A stretch of 64,000 nucleotides of DNA. Origin: Macrostomum hystrix. Taxonomy: Eukaryota; Animalia; Platyhelminthes. Positions 36,952 through 48,579 of this stretch are shown piece after piece; position 1 is the stretch's first letter, and each line of letters begins with the position of its first letter. The translations under genes were made by a program, and so were the position numbers. The stretch is from contig CATNEN010000033.1 of NCBI GenBank assembly GCA_950097015.1, positions 3,038,001-3,102,000 on the forward strand, given 5' to 3'. A model generated the notes under the pieces. It searched no databases, was not told the DNA's origin, and saw nothing but the letters and a program-made list of their open reading frames with translations.

Positions 36952-38705
36952 CGAGGGGTGTTTCAAAAGTAACGAGAATTTAGTCATAACTTTTTAATGG
37001 ATAAACTTTTTAACTTGAAATTTTTACCCGATAATTTTGCAAATATGGACAGCACACAGCTTCAGTTGCAACCCTGTCGGTCTACATGCACCAGTGAAAT
37101 CGCACATTGAAGTCCAGACCTCGAGATTAAAAATTACGATTTTTGTCTGTGGAAAATAGTGAACAGGTGAACGTGTTTGTTGTGTCAAAAATCAGCGCCT
37201 TCGTCCATTTCTTCAGCGATTTCAGCACGCTCCACAAAGCTGCCATCGAGCTGGATACATTTCTCATAGCGATGCAGCAGTTTGTCGATTCCCTCCCCCC
37301 AAAAACTCGCAGGCAGCGCATGGAGAGATTCGTTGGCCGCCGCAATGACTTCCTGTCGACTGGTGAAGACGCGACCTCGCATGGGCTTCTTCATTACTCC
37401 AAACAAGTGAAAGTCAGCAATGGCGAGGTCTGGTGAATAAGGTGGATGATTAAGCAGCCGAAAGCCGAGCTCTTCCACTTTCCTTGTGGTGGCCGCGGCG
37501 ACGTGAGGGCGAGCGTTGTCCCACAAGATGAAGGGCCTGGCGCGCATGATGCGTCGCTTCTGGAGGATGACTTCACGCAGACGAGCAACTTGATCTTGCA
37601 CGTATGCAGCATTGATGGTGGCCTTGTCTGGCAGGTAGTCGACCATCAGAACCCCACAGGCCTCAAACCACATGGTGCACATGATGTTGCGTGTCCATGC
37701 CGACTTCATTGGCTTTGTGTGCGGCTGACGGCCCCTGGGCCCCCACTGCATGGACTGCTGCTTAGTCAGTGGATTAAACATTGGCAGTGGTGTCTCATCA
37801 ATACTGATGAGAAGTCGTTTAAACTCCTGATCACCAAGTTGCTGCCACAACTGCAAGTTCTCCGTTGCACATTGAATTCGCTTTCTTTTGTGGTCCAGGG
37901 TCAACTCACGCGGCACCCACTTGGCACAGACTCTCGACCAGTTTATTTCCTTGAGGATGCGGCTCACAGAAGCAATGGAGATGCTACAGACCTCCTCAAC
38001 TTCACGCAATGTGGCAGAAGGATTGGCGCAGAGGTAATCACGGACAATCTGTTTGCTGTTGTCATCCGTTGACGTGCGGGGGCGACCTGACCTCGGCGCG
38101 TCACCACATCCTGTAGCACCCTCGCGGAACGCCTTGCAGTGAGCATAAACCCGCGCTTGCGATAGTGCCTGATCTCCAAATGCCTGGTTCAGGTCCCGAG
38201 CGATATCGCATGGCTTCTTTCCAAGTTGAACCAGACCAGCGATAAAATGCCGTTGTCCTTCCTTTGATCCAATTTCTGAATGATCTTTCGGTCGTTCCAT
38301 AGTCTCACTTGAAAGCACTTTTCAGTCAAGTCTCTCAGTCAAGCATTTGCAATTTTGAGCAGCCTATGCAGCTTAAAAAACAAAAATTCCTAGGCAACTT
38401 TGCCCATAAACAGCAGACACCGGAGACAGTATCAGAAGCAGCTGAGTGCATCAGCAGCATCATTAGCAGTTTTCAAGTTCTAAGCAAGTTCTCAGGTAAA
38501 TAGACCACAGACAAAAATCGTAATTTTTAATCTCGAGGTCTGGACTTTAATGTGAGATTTCACTAGTGCATGTAGAGCGATAGAGTTGCAACTGAAGCTG
38601 TGTGCTGTCCATATTTGCAAAATTATCGGGTAAAAATTTCAAGTTAAAAAGTTTATCCATTAAAAAGTTATGACTAAATTCTCGTTACTTTTGAAACACC
38701 CCTCG
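36952..38705 (-). mobile_element. Mariner (DD34D) transposon, full length, ~201-bp imperfect TIRs
   Basis: TA TSD at 36950-36951 and 38706-38707; TIRs 36952-37152 and 38505-38705 beginning CGAGGGGTGTTTCAAAAGT. Confidence 0.93.
37185..38300 (-). CDS. Mariner transposase, intact
   Basis: WVPREL, ISIDET, WDNARPH, YSPDLAIAD; 34 residues between the 2nd and 3rd catalytic Asp. Confidence 0.95.
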   Translation of the reverse strand: MERPKDHSEIGSKEGQRHFIAGLVQLGKKPCDIARDLNQAFGDQALSQARVYAHCKAFREGATGCGDAPRSGRPRTSTDDNSKQIVRDYLCANPSATLREVEEVCSISIASVSRILKEINWSRVCAKWVPRELTLDHKRKRIQCATENLQLWQQLGDQEFKRLLISIDETPLPMFNPLTKQQSMQWGPRGRQPHTKPMKSAWTRNIMCTMWFEACGVLMVDYLPDKATINAAYVQDQVARLREVILQKRRIMRARPFILWDNARPHVAAATTRKVEELGFRLLNHPPYSPDLAIADFHLFGVMKKPMRGRVFTSRQEVIAAANESLHALPASFWGEGIDKLLHRYEKCIQLDGSFVERAEIAEEMDEGADF

Positions 38706-39467
38706 TACTTTGTAGTTGCTTGGCTACTGGTGGAAAATACCGCTCTTTGGATAGAATTCGGAGTGGCAATCACAAAGTACGCTCGTAATTGAAGTGTTTA
38801 AACCGTAAAGTGTTTTAAGTTGTTAGACTGCTAGTTGTTGAAATTGGATTTAAGATTTTTGCTGGTGTTCTGTACATTTATTTACTTAATACGAGCAAAA
38901 TATTTTAGTGCTCGCGATACAAAACACTGCAGTGCAGTATGATCTGCATGAAGCTCAAGAAGGATGCCTTAATTTCAATTCATCATTTTCGCATACATAC
39001 CCGCCATTTTAAATAAGAGACTACTTGCGGTAGTTGCTAAGATAATTTGTAAAGTCAAATAGCTTATACATGTTCCATTCAAATAAGAAGGCATTTAAAA
39101 TCTCTTGGACTGTTTTCATTGTTGAATTTCACCGCTGGTCAGATGATGTGTGTTTCTTGCTTGAGTCTCCTGACTTGACCTTCTGACGAACATCGTAAAC
39201 TTGGTTGGACGAGCGGCGAGCAGATGCAGGTGGGCTTTCTGTTGGAAGTCTAGCGACTCAGGCTTGTACCTACCGGAGTCGTTTGGACTGGAAGACGGAG
39301 ACAGTGCTGCAAGAAGGCACATTGCTTCATCCCCAGTCACACATAGAATTTTAACCGGGTAAAAATCTGACAGATTTGTGTCATACAATTATTATATTTG
39401 CAACGTTTTTTATAGAGAAATTTTGGAAATTGAACAAAATAGGGAACAACATGGAATAAAATGAAGC

Positions 39468-39595
39468 CAGAAGTGAAGAGAGGAGAGAAGAGGAGAGGAG
39501 AGTAAAGAGTAGTATAGAGAGGGGAGAAGAGTAGAGTTGAGTAGAGAGTAGAGTTGAGGGTAGGAGAGATGAGTGGGGAGATGAGAGATGAATTG
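39468..39595. repeat. GA-rich low-complexity repeat
   Basis: AGAGGAGAG/AGTAGAG units. Confidence 0.75.
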
Positions 39596-41702
39596 AATTT
39601 TAGTGCAATCGATTTATACAAAAAAAGATATAAATTGTTCCATTTGTGTCACACAAAGCTACAAACTGACGTGTGAAGACTGCAAAACTGACTTTAATTG
39701 ACTTAACACAAACATTTTGCGGAGCACAATTTGAGATGGAGAATTGGAACGGGGATTGAGGACGGGGTGGGGATTGGGTATGGGTTGGGATCGGGGATGA
39801 GGTGGGGATTGAGGAAGGGAAGGAGTGATAAAAATAAAACCTGATATCTCATTGATTGATTTCTCATTGGAAATCCCTCGAAAACATGTCAATATCAGTA
39901 TGCAAAGTGATGAAGAGTTGTAAATCATGGTAAAACCTTTTAATTAATGTACGAAAAATATTAGCATGAGTAAGGAGAGGGAAAACGGGTAAGCTTAGCT
40001 TCCTTCCTTCCTTATCAAAATTATCTGCGAAAGTGACCCTCTGGTGCGGGTGGAGGTTGTTTACTAGACCTGATGTCTGCCTTTTGGGGGTTGGGGAAGC
40101 TCCAGCCAATGAGAGCGAAGTGAGTGTTTTGGGAGTGAAATCATAGCCAGCCAAGGCTTGGGGAGGAAGGCCGGCTATCTAGTCTGTCCAGGGACTAGGG
40201 GGGGGGGTCATTTTGTCAATGTAAACTCACCAACCCCTTCCCTCTGTGGCTCAAATTATCGATCCATCATCATCTGCAAGAAAAAAGGGTGGGTTGTGGG
40301 CCACAGACAAAAAGTATAACCAAAGAGTTCATTCATGTGTTCTGTGGTCAGGCAGGCAATTTTTTATCACTCCATTAATTAGCACTAGACTGGAACTAGT
40401 CTTTAGCCTGGCTCACACGCTATCAAACGAGTCATTGAATCACTTCAATGATTTGAGCAGGCACAAATCGTGTGCACACTGCAGTGTATCATGCGAATTC
40501 AGCTCTATGTGATGACTGACCATATAAACGGGTAGAATTGTTCTACCATCCTTTTATTACTACATGCGGCGTGCGGCGTAATGCCGTAATGCGGCGTGTT
40601 GCTTCTCAAATGGTAATGGTAAGCTTTCTCGCTCGTTTGTTTTTAAAACTGAATACCATATTGTTCGAGTAATTGTACTTTCGTTCGTAGTGAATTATTT
40701 TTTATATGAGCTCTACGCGAGCTTACATTTTTCTTGGCAAATATTTCAATCAATACAAGTTTAGCCCACCTTCGGGAGCACAGCCTCAGTCTCAGAACAG
40801 TTGTGGGACTCAGAACAACTGTGGATCTCACAGTAGTGAGATCATTACGCGTATTGTCGTACAAAGCTTGTTGCATTCAAACTTCCGGGTCTGGGTCATT
40901 TAGCTGTTTTAGCTTGGTCTTCAGCCTTTTCACTGCTAGCTCGGCTTCTCCATTCGAAGCGGGATGGTATCGGGGAGACTTAAGGTGTAGCACTCCCATT
41001 CGCTTTAACCAGGCTTCTGTTTCACTGGCAACGAACTGTCGTCCATTGTACGAGCTATGTATTCTTGGCCATAGATACTGTCAAAAATCCTACTATGCAC
41101 TGCCACACGTGGTACACCTTTTTTCGTTCAATTTCAAACAAACGCTCATTCAATTTCAGCAAGCTTGCAACCAAATTCATCAATGTATTTTTAGTCAGTC
41201 AGACCAGCATCCAAATTCAGCAACCTCGCATTCGACTTCAACAAAAGACATTCATTTTCAGCAAAGTGCACTCAATTTCAACCAGTCACATTTTTATTGT
41301 ATTGTCTATGGTCTATTGCAAAATTTTTTCGCAGTGTGTGAAAAGAGTCATTCGATTTCAATAATTTGCACTCAAATTCAAAATTTTCATTGTCACATTC
41401 TTTCTCTTATTATTTCTCGTTGTGTAATTTTGTGATTATCAAATGCCAACTTTTCAACATCTACCATAGACTATGGTAGAACTGCGAGTTTATTTTTCAT
41501 ATCAACAAGAAATCAGCTTCAATGGTTAAGCAATGAACAGTTTACAGTTTTTAGTTGTTTATAGTTGCAATTCTCAATGACGCAGATGTCTCTAAGTTGA
41601 AAGTGCAGCCAGAGAAATGACAATCTGTGAAGATTTCCCTCAACTTTCGAGTACAAAGGGAAATCCATGCTCAAGGTCAGTACGAGACACCCAGAAAAGT
41701 GG

Positions 41703-41895
41703 TAAAAAAAGTCCGGGTTCCTGGTGCAAAAAAGTCCAGCTAAAAATAACCGAGTAAAAAAGTCCGGGGTCCTGCTGCAAAAAAGTCCGGCTAAAAATAA
41801 CCAAGCAAAAAAGTCCGGGCATGTGAAAAAAAAGTCTGGGTTCCTGGTTGAAAAAAAGTCCGGCTAAAAATACCCGAGAAAAAAAGTCCGGGCCA
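41703..41895. repeat. Array of AAAAAAGTCCGG-core repeats (~7) at the left edge of the YR region
   Basis: Alternating GTCCGGGTTCCTG and GTCCGGCTAAAAATA variants. Confidence 0.8.
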
Positions 41896-42495
41896 AATCT
41901 TCGATATAGCGCTAGTGCTATACCTACTACTAACAGTAGGCTTGCGCACAAAAAGACTGAAAGACATTTTTTGATCTCCGTAGTGTATTTCTATAATTAG
42001 AACAGCTAAGCTTATGTCTTTTTGCACTCGGGCACTGCGGAGCATGTAGTCGTGTTTGCGAAAGTACTAATATATCTCTTTGTCCTGATCCTGAACTATT
42101 TTATTGTGCTTTCCCGAATGCACGGAGTTTACATAGACGCAAGAACATATTTACCTTCGTTCTTGCGCAAAAGTATAACGCGAAAATGTACTTTCGCGAA
42201 AATACCTAGCCCTGTATAAACAATGGTAATACACTTAAAGCATTTTGCGAAAATATCAAATGTAACCAAAGTACTTAAAGTACTTTTGCTAAAATACTGT
42301 TCTACCTTCGTTGGAATATATATCCGCAATATCAGCAGTACTCTCTATATTCTCTCAATAAATCTTATCATTCTGTAAGAAAAAATGGAAAAAGTGCTTA
42401 AGATTTTACCATTTGCAGACGAAAATCATTAAAAATCCAACATCCGAAAGAAAATCAATATAAATAGCCAGATAACACACTATTCAGTTACAAGT

Positions 42496-42568
42496 GATCT
42501 GGCGTGCAGGTCTATAGCATTCTTTTATAGTTACCAGTGGCTCGGGTTCGAATCCCAGTCATTACCAC
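42496..42568 (+). other. tRNA-like / Pol III B-box sequence, copy 1
   Basis: GGTTCGAATCCC T-loop consensus with an upstream A-box-like TGGCGTGCAGG; I could not fold a full cloverleaf. Confidence 0.4.
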
Positions 42569-43173
42569 ACATTTTTCTAATTAAAAAAATCAGCTAATAA
42601 TTTACTACTAATGAAAATAAATCTTTATTATTATTTACGTACTTTTGCTCAAATACGGCTGTTACCTTCTTTTGATAATGCCTTTACTTTCGTTTAGGAC
42701 ACATGTTTTTCTTCGCGAAAATACCATCAGAAACAGTAATCATATTGACGCTAAAGTATTTTCGCAAAAAGACTACATTCACCTTCGTTTAAGAATACAT
42801 ATGTACTTTCGCGAAAATACCTCTGGAATAATCAACAATAATTTAAGTGCTTTCTCAACATACAGATTAAAATTGTTGACATATATCAGAAATCAATTAA
42901 TTATTCGTGTTTATGTTCATATGCTGTTCGAAACTACCTACTCTACTATGAGTAGACAATATAGCAACGTTAAATATATTATGAGTTCAATATTATGCTA
43001 TTTCGCCATAGACAAACCTTGAATGATAGTTTATGTGATTAAACTGTCGTACGGGTCACGATAGCAGCTTAAGTCAGAAGCCAAGCGCGCTCGCTTGCAA
43101 ATCTTTGTAAAATTTCTTCTGTTATAAGCAGTATATATGCAGTTCAGCAGATAATAATAATTCAGCAGGTAAA

Positions 43174-43761
43174 ATGGACGCACAAACTAATTGTTTCCTA
43201 TGTCAAATGACGATTCTAAGTTCTAATATGCGACGGCATTTCATCCGGAACCACAAGGACTTGGTCGAGTCTTTTGATTGGGATTGCGTACCATTAAGCA
43301 AGCGACCAGCTGAATCTGCGTCCTATGAAGTCAAGGCCATGAATATATGGAAGATTGTCCGGTTGCAAAAAGTGGGAGTCGATAATGTCCTTTCGCCATG
43401 TGCGCACTGTGGCAAATATGTGCGTCATCTGAAAAGGCACATTGCACGCCCGTGTAAGGGTCTACCGGCTGCTCAAGACATAGCGGTGGTATCTGATAAT
43501 GGCAGTGTTTCATCGGATGACAACGAACAGTATGCCATAGTAGACGTAGGTGAGCTGTATGCGAGTACTTCTGCAAACAAACAGACGGTCACGCAACAGT
43601 CAACTAAACGTTTATGTGACTTGACATCTGGTGTTCGTCAAACTACGTCCCCGCATGCGCAACCGGGTCCATCCAAAGTACAATCTTCATACATGGCCGA
43701 GATTGTCCTAGCAATGACTTGGATCGACTGCAAAGCAATTATAGCGACGTACCTGTCTTAA
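43174..43761 (+). CDS. ORF A1-ZnF: two zinc-finger-like motifs (CxxC...HxxxxH and CxxC...HxxxxC)
   Basis: CFLC...MRRHFIRNH...FDW...CAHCGKYVRHLKRHIARPC; paralogous to ORFs at 48580, 51631 and 55787. Confidence 0.7.
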   Translation: MDAQTNCFLCQMTILSSNMRRHFIRNHKDLVESFDWDCVPLSKRPAESASYEVKAMNIWKIVRLQKVGVDNVLSPCAHCGKYVRHLKRHIARPCKGLPAAQDIAVVSDNGSVSSDDNEQYAIVDVGELYASTSANKQTVTQQSTKRLCDLTSGVRQTTSPHAQPGPSKVQSSYMAEIVLAMTWIDCKAIIATYLS

Positions 43762-43882
43762 TCCAAGCCAAACATGAAATGGCAATGATCGGTAAGTGCT
43801 ATAAACTATTACTTATTATTTCGAGGAAACTGAGTTATTGAGTATTCATATTTTTATTTTCACTCCATTTTCGTCCGAACAG

Positions 43883-44749
43883 AATATATCAATGGACTGC
43901 GTCTGAATGCGGCCGGCCTGAACGAGATTCTGCAGAAAGCCCACAACGCTGAGCATCCACGCGTTAATAGCATGTGTACTGGCTTGCAGAATCTGGTCAA
44001 TCTGACAGAAGCAATCCTCCAGTATACGTCAGACTATGTTCCGGTCGGAGTCACCAATGCTGTCAGTTTGCTGAACCCTGTTAGTCAGCGACAAGCAGAG
44101 ACTCAGACCTCTAAATCTGACGTGGAAAATACTGATGATTCTGTCAGTGATGACGAGCGATCGGCCAAAGAGGAGCTTGTATTGCAACGGAGGCACAAGA
44201 CGTCTCGGCTTGTTGTTTTCGACGGCCCAGACTACCACGTTGCATCTGAACACATGTACAAGCAACTAGACAATGTCGGCGACATCTGGTTCAAGGGTCA
44301 TTGCTGTGTAGAAGAGAACGCATCGCATGTTAGCCGTAGGAAAGCAATCCAGCGAAACTATCATGCTACAACTAGTCGTCTACTACACGCAATCAATGTC
44401 AGTCGAGATGTGGTTCATCAATCCAGCGCGCATCCAATTCGATTTGGACGAGATGGTGAAGCGCCATATCTGGAAACCATCGACTGTTGGACAGCGAATG
44501 AACGAGCTTCATAACATATTGAGCGGCGCGAAGAAATTTCTAGCAGCCAACAATGACTTCGGTGCTCCTAGTGTTATGAACGCGTTCCAATTGACCTCGC
44601 CACCAGATGGATTGTTTGCCAACGTGCATGCCGACATTGTCAAGGCCGCGTCAGAATTGCCTGCCTGTCCTGACCCGCGAAAAGATGGTATTCTCTATCA
44701 TCAGACTGCAGTATCTGGTCTGTTGACTAGCCGCATCGAATCAATCATA
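43883..44749 (+). pseudogene. YR gene copy 1, middle exon, with a 2-bp deletion near 44400
   Basis: CAG acceptor at 43880-43882, GTGAGC donor at 44750; AATGTCAGTCGAG here versus AATGTCACAGTCGAG in copy 2. Confidence 0.65.
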
Positions 44750-44860
44750 GTGAGCAGTATTGTTGTGTCGCATGTTGTATACCATGTTAGTTGATATGTC
44801 ATGAACAATTGTAGAACCTACTGCATGCATTTCTCTTTAATAACCCTTTAAAATGTACAG

Positions 44861-45871
44861 GCTTGCATTGGATTGATTCGTCAGCGGCAAGAGAATATTT
44901 ATCACCTGCTCGATGACGAACGCCAGCTGTCCTACACGGATAAGTTCCTGACCGCTGACGAATGGCGCATCATTCATGGCCGGCTAGACTGCCTGATTGA
45001 TATGGTCGCCAAACATTCGTGGTCTCATCTACCCGTGAAGGGCTACTGGGGTCGCATTGGACAATGTGCACGTCGAATGACCAACACTGTCGGCAAATGG
45101 AATGCATTTATTATGCCGATCACTCGTGAACTGGCATTCTTCTGTGCAGCAATTGACCATGCCAGTCGACTACGCCCTTGGGTCGCAATCCGGCGTTGCT
45201 ATTTGGATGCTGCACTCAATAGTGGTGTTTCAACGTCCTCCACCATTGTCACCGTCCTGCCGCCTACCGAAGTGGCACACAAAAAGGGCGGTCGTGGTAA
45301 AGGTGCAAGCTGGACTGCGCCACGCAAAGTCGGCGAATGTCTACTGCAATGGATAGACAACTTTCTATTGCCATACTTCGCCGAGTGCAACATCCATGTC
45401 AGGCCTGGCAAATGTCTGCTGTTTCTTACGCATCGTGGCAAACAGCGTGACTCGACAAGTTTCAGCACGCTTGTCAAGCAGTGCGCCGAGTTGGTCATCG
45501 ATCGGCCCTATCGCATGGGCGATGGGCGTCGAAATGTACTGTCGGCATATGTGCACGCGCATCCCGACAAGCTAGACCAGCTGGTGCCACTGTACGACAC
45601 ATCGCGCAACTGTGTCGTCAATGCGTATGGACGCCTGGCCAAACAGCAGGCCAATCTGATGGTCGCCGACGACGTCAGAGGATGCTTCGAGACGTTCTGT
45701 CACAATCGGCCACTTGATCGTCGACATCAACGACATCCAACAGCCGAAAACGACACGAAGCGTCGTCGCTCTGCCTGTAGCGTTGATCAGGACGCAACCA
45801 ATTCATCGGCTGCATCTCCTCTACCTGCTGATGACATTGTGATGCCACATAGTCAATGCATACGCAAGTGA
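44861..45871 (+). CDS. Tyrosine recombinase catalytic exon, copy 1
   Basis: RLRP (Arg I), HKKG (Lys), LLFLTHRG, GDGRR (Arg II), YDTSRNCVVNAY (Tyr); phase-0 acceptor TACAG at 44856-44860. Confidence 0.7.
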   Translation, partial: ACIGLIRQRQENIYHLLDDERQLSYTDKFLTADEWRIIHGRLDCLIDMVAKHSWSHLPVKGYWGRIGQCARRMTNTVGKWNAFIMPITRELAFFCAAIDHASRLRPWVAIRRCYLDAALNSGVSTSSTIVTVLPPTEVAHKKGGRGKGASWTAPRKVGECLLQWIDNFLLPYFAECNIHVRPGKCLLFLTHRGKQRDSTSFSTLVKQCAELVIDRPYRMGDGRRNVLSAYVHAHPDKLDQLVPLYDTSRNCVVNAYGRLAKQQANLMVADDVRGCFETFCHNRPLDRRHQRHPTAENDTKRRRSACSVDQDATNSSAASPLPADDIVMPHSQCIRK

Positions 45872-46619
45872 CGCACTCGACGGTCGTCCATTTGCAAGGC
45901 CACTGACAAGGCCACCGCTACGGTTAGTCCTAGATGTTCAACAACGGACAACACCGAGTCGACAAAGCCGGCCATCGATTCAGCAACACCATCGCCTATT
46001 TCGTCTACATCGTCTAGACGACGCAGTCTTAGTCAACCGCCGATGCTTGGAGCATCGGCTGGACAAGGCAACGTTCACGACGATATCGACGAAGAAGGTG
46101 ATGATGGTGAACAACAGCACGTCAGCAATGACAATGAGACCAGCTCGGATTCTGAGCTACTCATGGTTCGTCGAACGGAATACAGGACGCGATCTGGGCG
46201 CCTGATCAGTTCGAGAACTAGACTGGACATCTGAATGCTCATATTGTCCCAGTCGTGTCATCTGACTTAATATGTGCTGATTGTCTGATTTGCCAAACTA
46301 TTATCAATTGTGTCAATTGTGATACCCCCACTAATACCCGTCCCTTTACAACCGAGAATCTCATATGTTCTCTTTGTTGCTCTCTTATATATTGTTAAGA
46401 TGCTAATGATTGTCAACACTGATTATTTCGTTAGTAAATAAATTAATTAACAAATGAAATCATTTGATTATCATCTGATTAAACTAAGATTAAACTATTC
46501 TCGTTTTCTTAAAAGCCGAAGATACACGAAAAAATTATTCGTGATTATTGACAATTAGCAGAAATATACTAAATTTGTCGATGGTAAAAAAGTACAAGTC
46601 ACTTTGTCTGAGAATACGT

Positions 46620-47035
46620 ATCTACATTCGCGAAAATACCATAATATATAGCCATGCACACACCTACTTTAAGAACTTTTACAAAAATACCGCCAACTAC
46701 CTTTGTTTAATAGCATAGCAGTATTTTCGCGAAAATACCATACGATGTAGCCATGCACACTACCTACTTTAATAACTTTTGCAAAAATACCGCCAACTAC
46801 CTTTGTTTAATAGCATAGCAGTATTTTCGCGAAAATACCATAAGATGTAGCCACGCACAATACCTACTTTAATAACTTTTGCAAAAATATCGCCAACTAC
46901 CTTTGTTTAATAGCATAGCAGTAGTTTCGCGAAAATACCATAATATGTAGCCATGCACACTACCTACTTTAATAACTTTTGCAAAAATACCGCCAACTAC
47001 CTTTGTTTAATAGCATAGCAGTATTTTCGCAAAAA
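46620..47035. repeat. Palindromic ~100-bp repeat array 1
   Basis: GTATTTTCGCGAAAATAC-type cores at 46721, 46821, 46921 and 47021, each unit also carrying TTTTGCAAAA. Confidence 0.92.
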
Positions 47036-47309
47036 CAGACACTATTTTTCATTTACAAGTATTCAATATAGTACATATTGTCTTTTCGCGAAAAAACTCA
47101 TTCGTGAGTTTTGGCAATTTACAGAAATACACTAAATTTGTCTATGGTAAAAAGTCACTTTGTCTGAGAATACGTATCTGCATTTGCGAAAATACCATAA
47201 GATGTAGTCACGCTACTTTTGCAAAAATACTGCCCTTACCTTCGCGAAAATACTGTATTTACTTTCCATTTAGAACTCTGCTTCCTATTCTAATTCTACT
47301 TCTGCTAGT

Positions 47310-47745
47310 GTTAGACGCGCTGCTGTTGCACTCACGACATTGTTGGTTGTGTAGAACTCACGATGAATGCGCATCCTGTGGCGCTTTCGGCTCGCCGGCC
47401 ACCGTGGCACTCCTGGCCAGATGCGACATCGCCTGTCTGGCCCCGTTCCTGACTTACCGAGGACGATTGGAGCAGCTAACCTGCCTGCAGCGCCACTGCC
47501 CGACTGCTGAGCTGAACGTCACCCAGCTGCACACCCTGATGAAGAGCCTCCTGGACTGGCTGCTACAACACAAGACAGCTGCGGGCTACGAGACCATCCT
47601 GGAGGTGACCTGCCTAACAGAGAACGAGGCCTTCGACTTGGCCGAGCTGCTAGGCCTGCTGGAGGACACATGTTTGGAGCTGCAGCACATTCTACACGGC
47701 CTGGACTACTGGCGCGGCGTACAGCAAAGGGCTAGACTGCGATAG
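47310..47745 (+). CDS. ORF C1, orphan helical protein; start uncertain
   Basis: Homologous to 59706-60140 (RGRLEQLTCLQR vs RGCFEQLPSLQR; LLEDTCLELQHILHGLDYW vs LLEDAQAELQLIIHGVRYW). Confidence 0.6.
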
Positions 47746-48019
47746 TTGCTCCGGAGCCGCCGATATCGATTGAGCAGTAACAGCAGCAGCAGCAGCAGTA
47801 GCAGCACTAGTTTTAGGTAGACTTAATACAGCTAATTGTAGTTTCCTGTTCGCCGTTTAATTAATGCCAGCTATTTATTTAACCCAATTAATTCGCTCAA
47901 GCAAAAATACATGAGTGAACCTGTTGCAAATTGTATTCGCGGCATGAATAATAATAAAATATAATGAAGTCAAGTCATATTTGGTTATTGATTACCATTA
48001 GATATAGTCATCATGAATA

Positions 48020-48385
48020 CTTAAAGTACTTTCGCAAAAATATTGTCTTCTTATTGTCTTCAACCGCCGCGTATCTGCATTCGCGATAATACCATAAGAT
48101 GTAGCCATGCACACTACATTAAGAATTTTCGCAAAAATACCGTCAACTACCTTTGTTTAATAGCATAGCAGTCTTTTCGCGAAAATACCAAAGATGTAAT
48201 CATGCACACTACTTTAAGAACTTTTGCAAAAATACCGCCAACTACCTTTGTTTAATAGCATAGCAGTATTTTCGCGAAAATACCATAAGATGTAGCCATG
48301 CACACTACTTTAAGAACTTTTGCTAAAATACTGCCCTTACCTTTGTTTATAGAGCATATCAGTATTTTCGCGAAAATACTATATA
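48020..48385. repeat. Palindromic ~96-bp repeat array 2
   Basis: About 3 units of the same family. Confidence 0.9.
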
Positions 48386-48579
48386 TGGAAATAGCTTAGA
48401 CCCAGTTGACGATGTCTGTCTATGTCTATGTGTCTGACTGCTGCTCTGTACAGGATATGAGCAGTGCTAGGTAAATATATGCGCGCGCGCACGCAAATCG
48501 ATAATTAAAATTCAGCCACAACGACCACTCTGTCGATTATTCAGCAGGCTAGCCAGCGAACGACTATATTTAAGCTGCA

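Noticed and set aside
37446-38072. 208-aa plus-strand ORF
   Set aside because: Antisense shadow of the mariner transposase.
39116-40154. Short minus-strand ORFs as a retroelement remnant
   Set aside because: No RT, gag or endonuclease motif recognisable.
40734-41435. 233-aa ORF left of the YR region
   Set aside because: No motifs, non-ATG start, compositionally like non-coding sequence.
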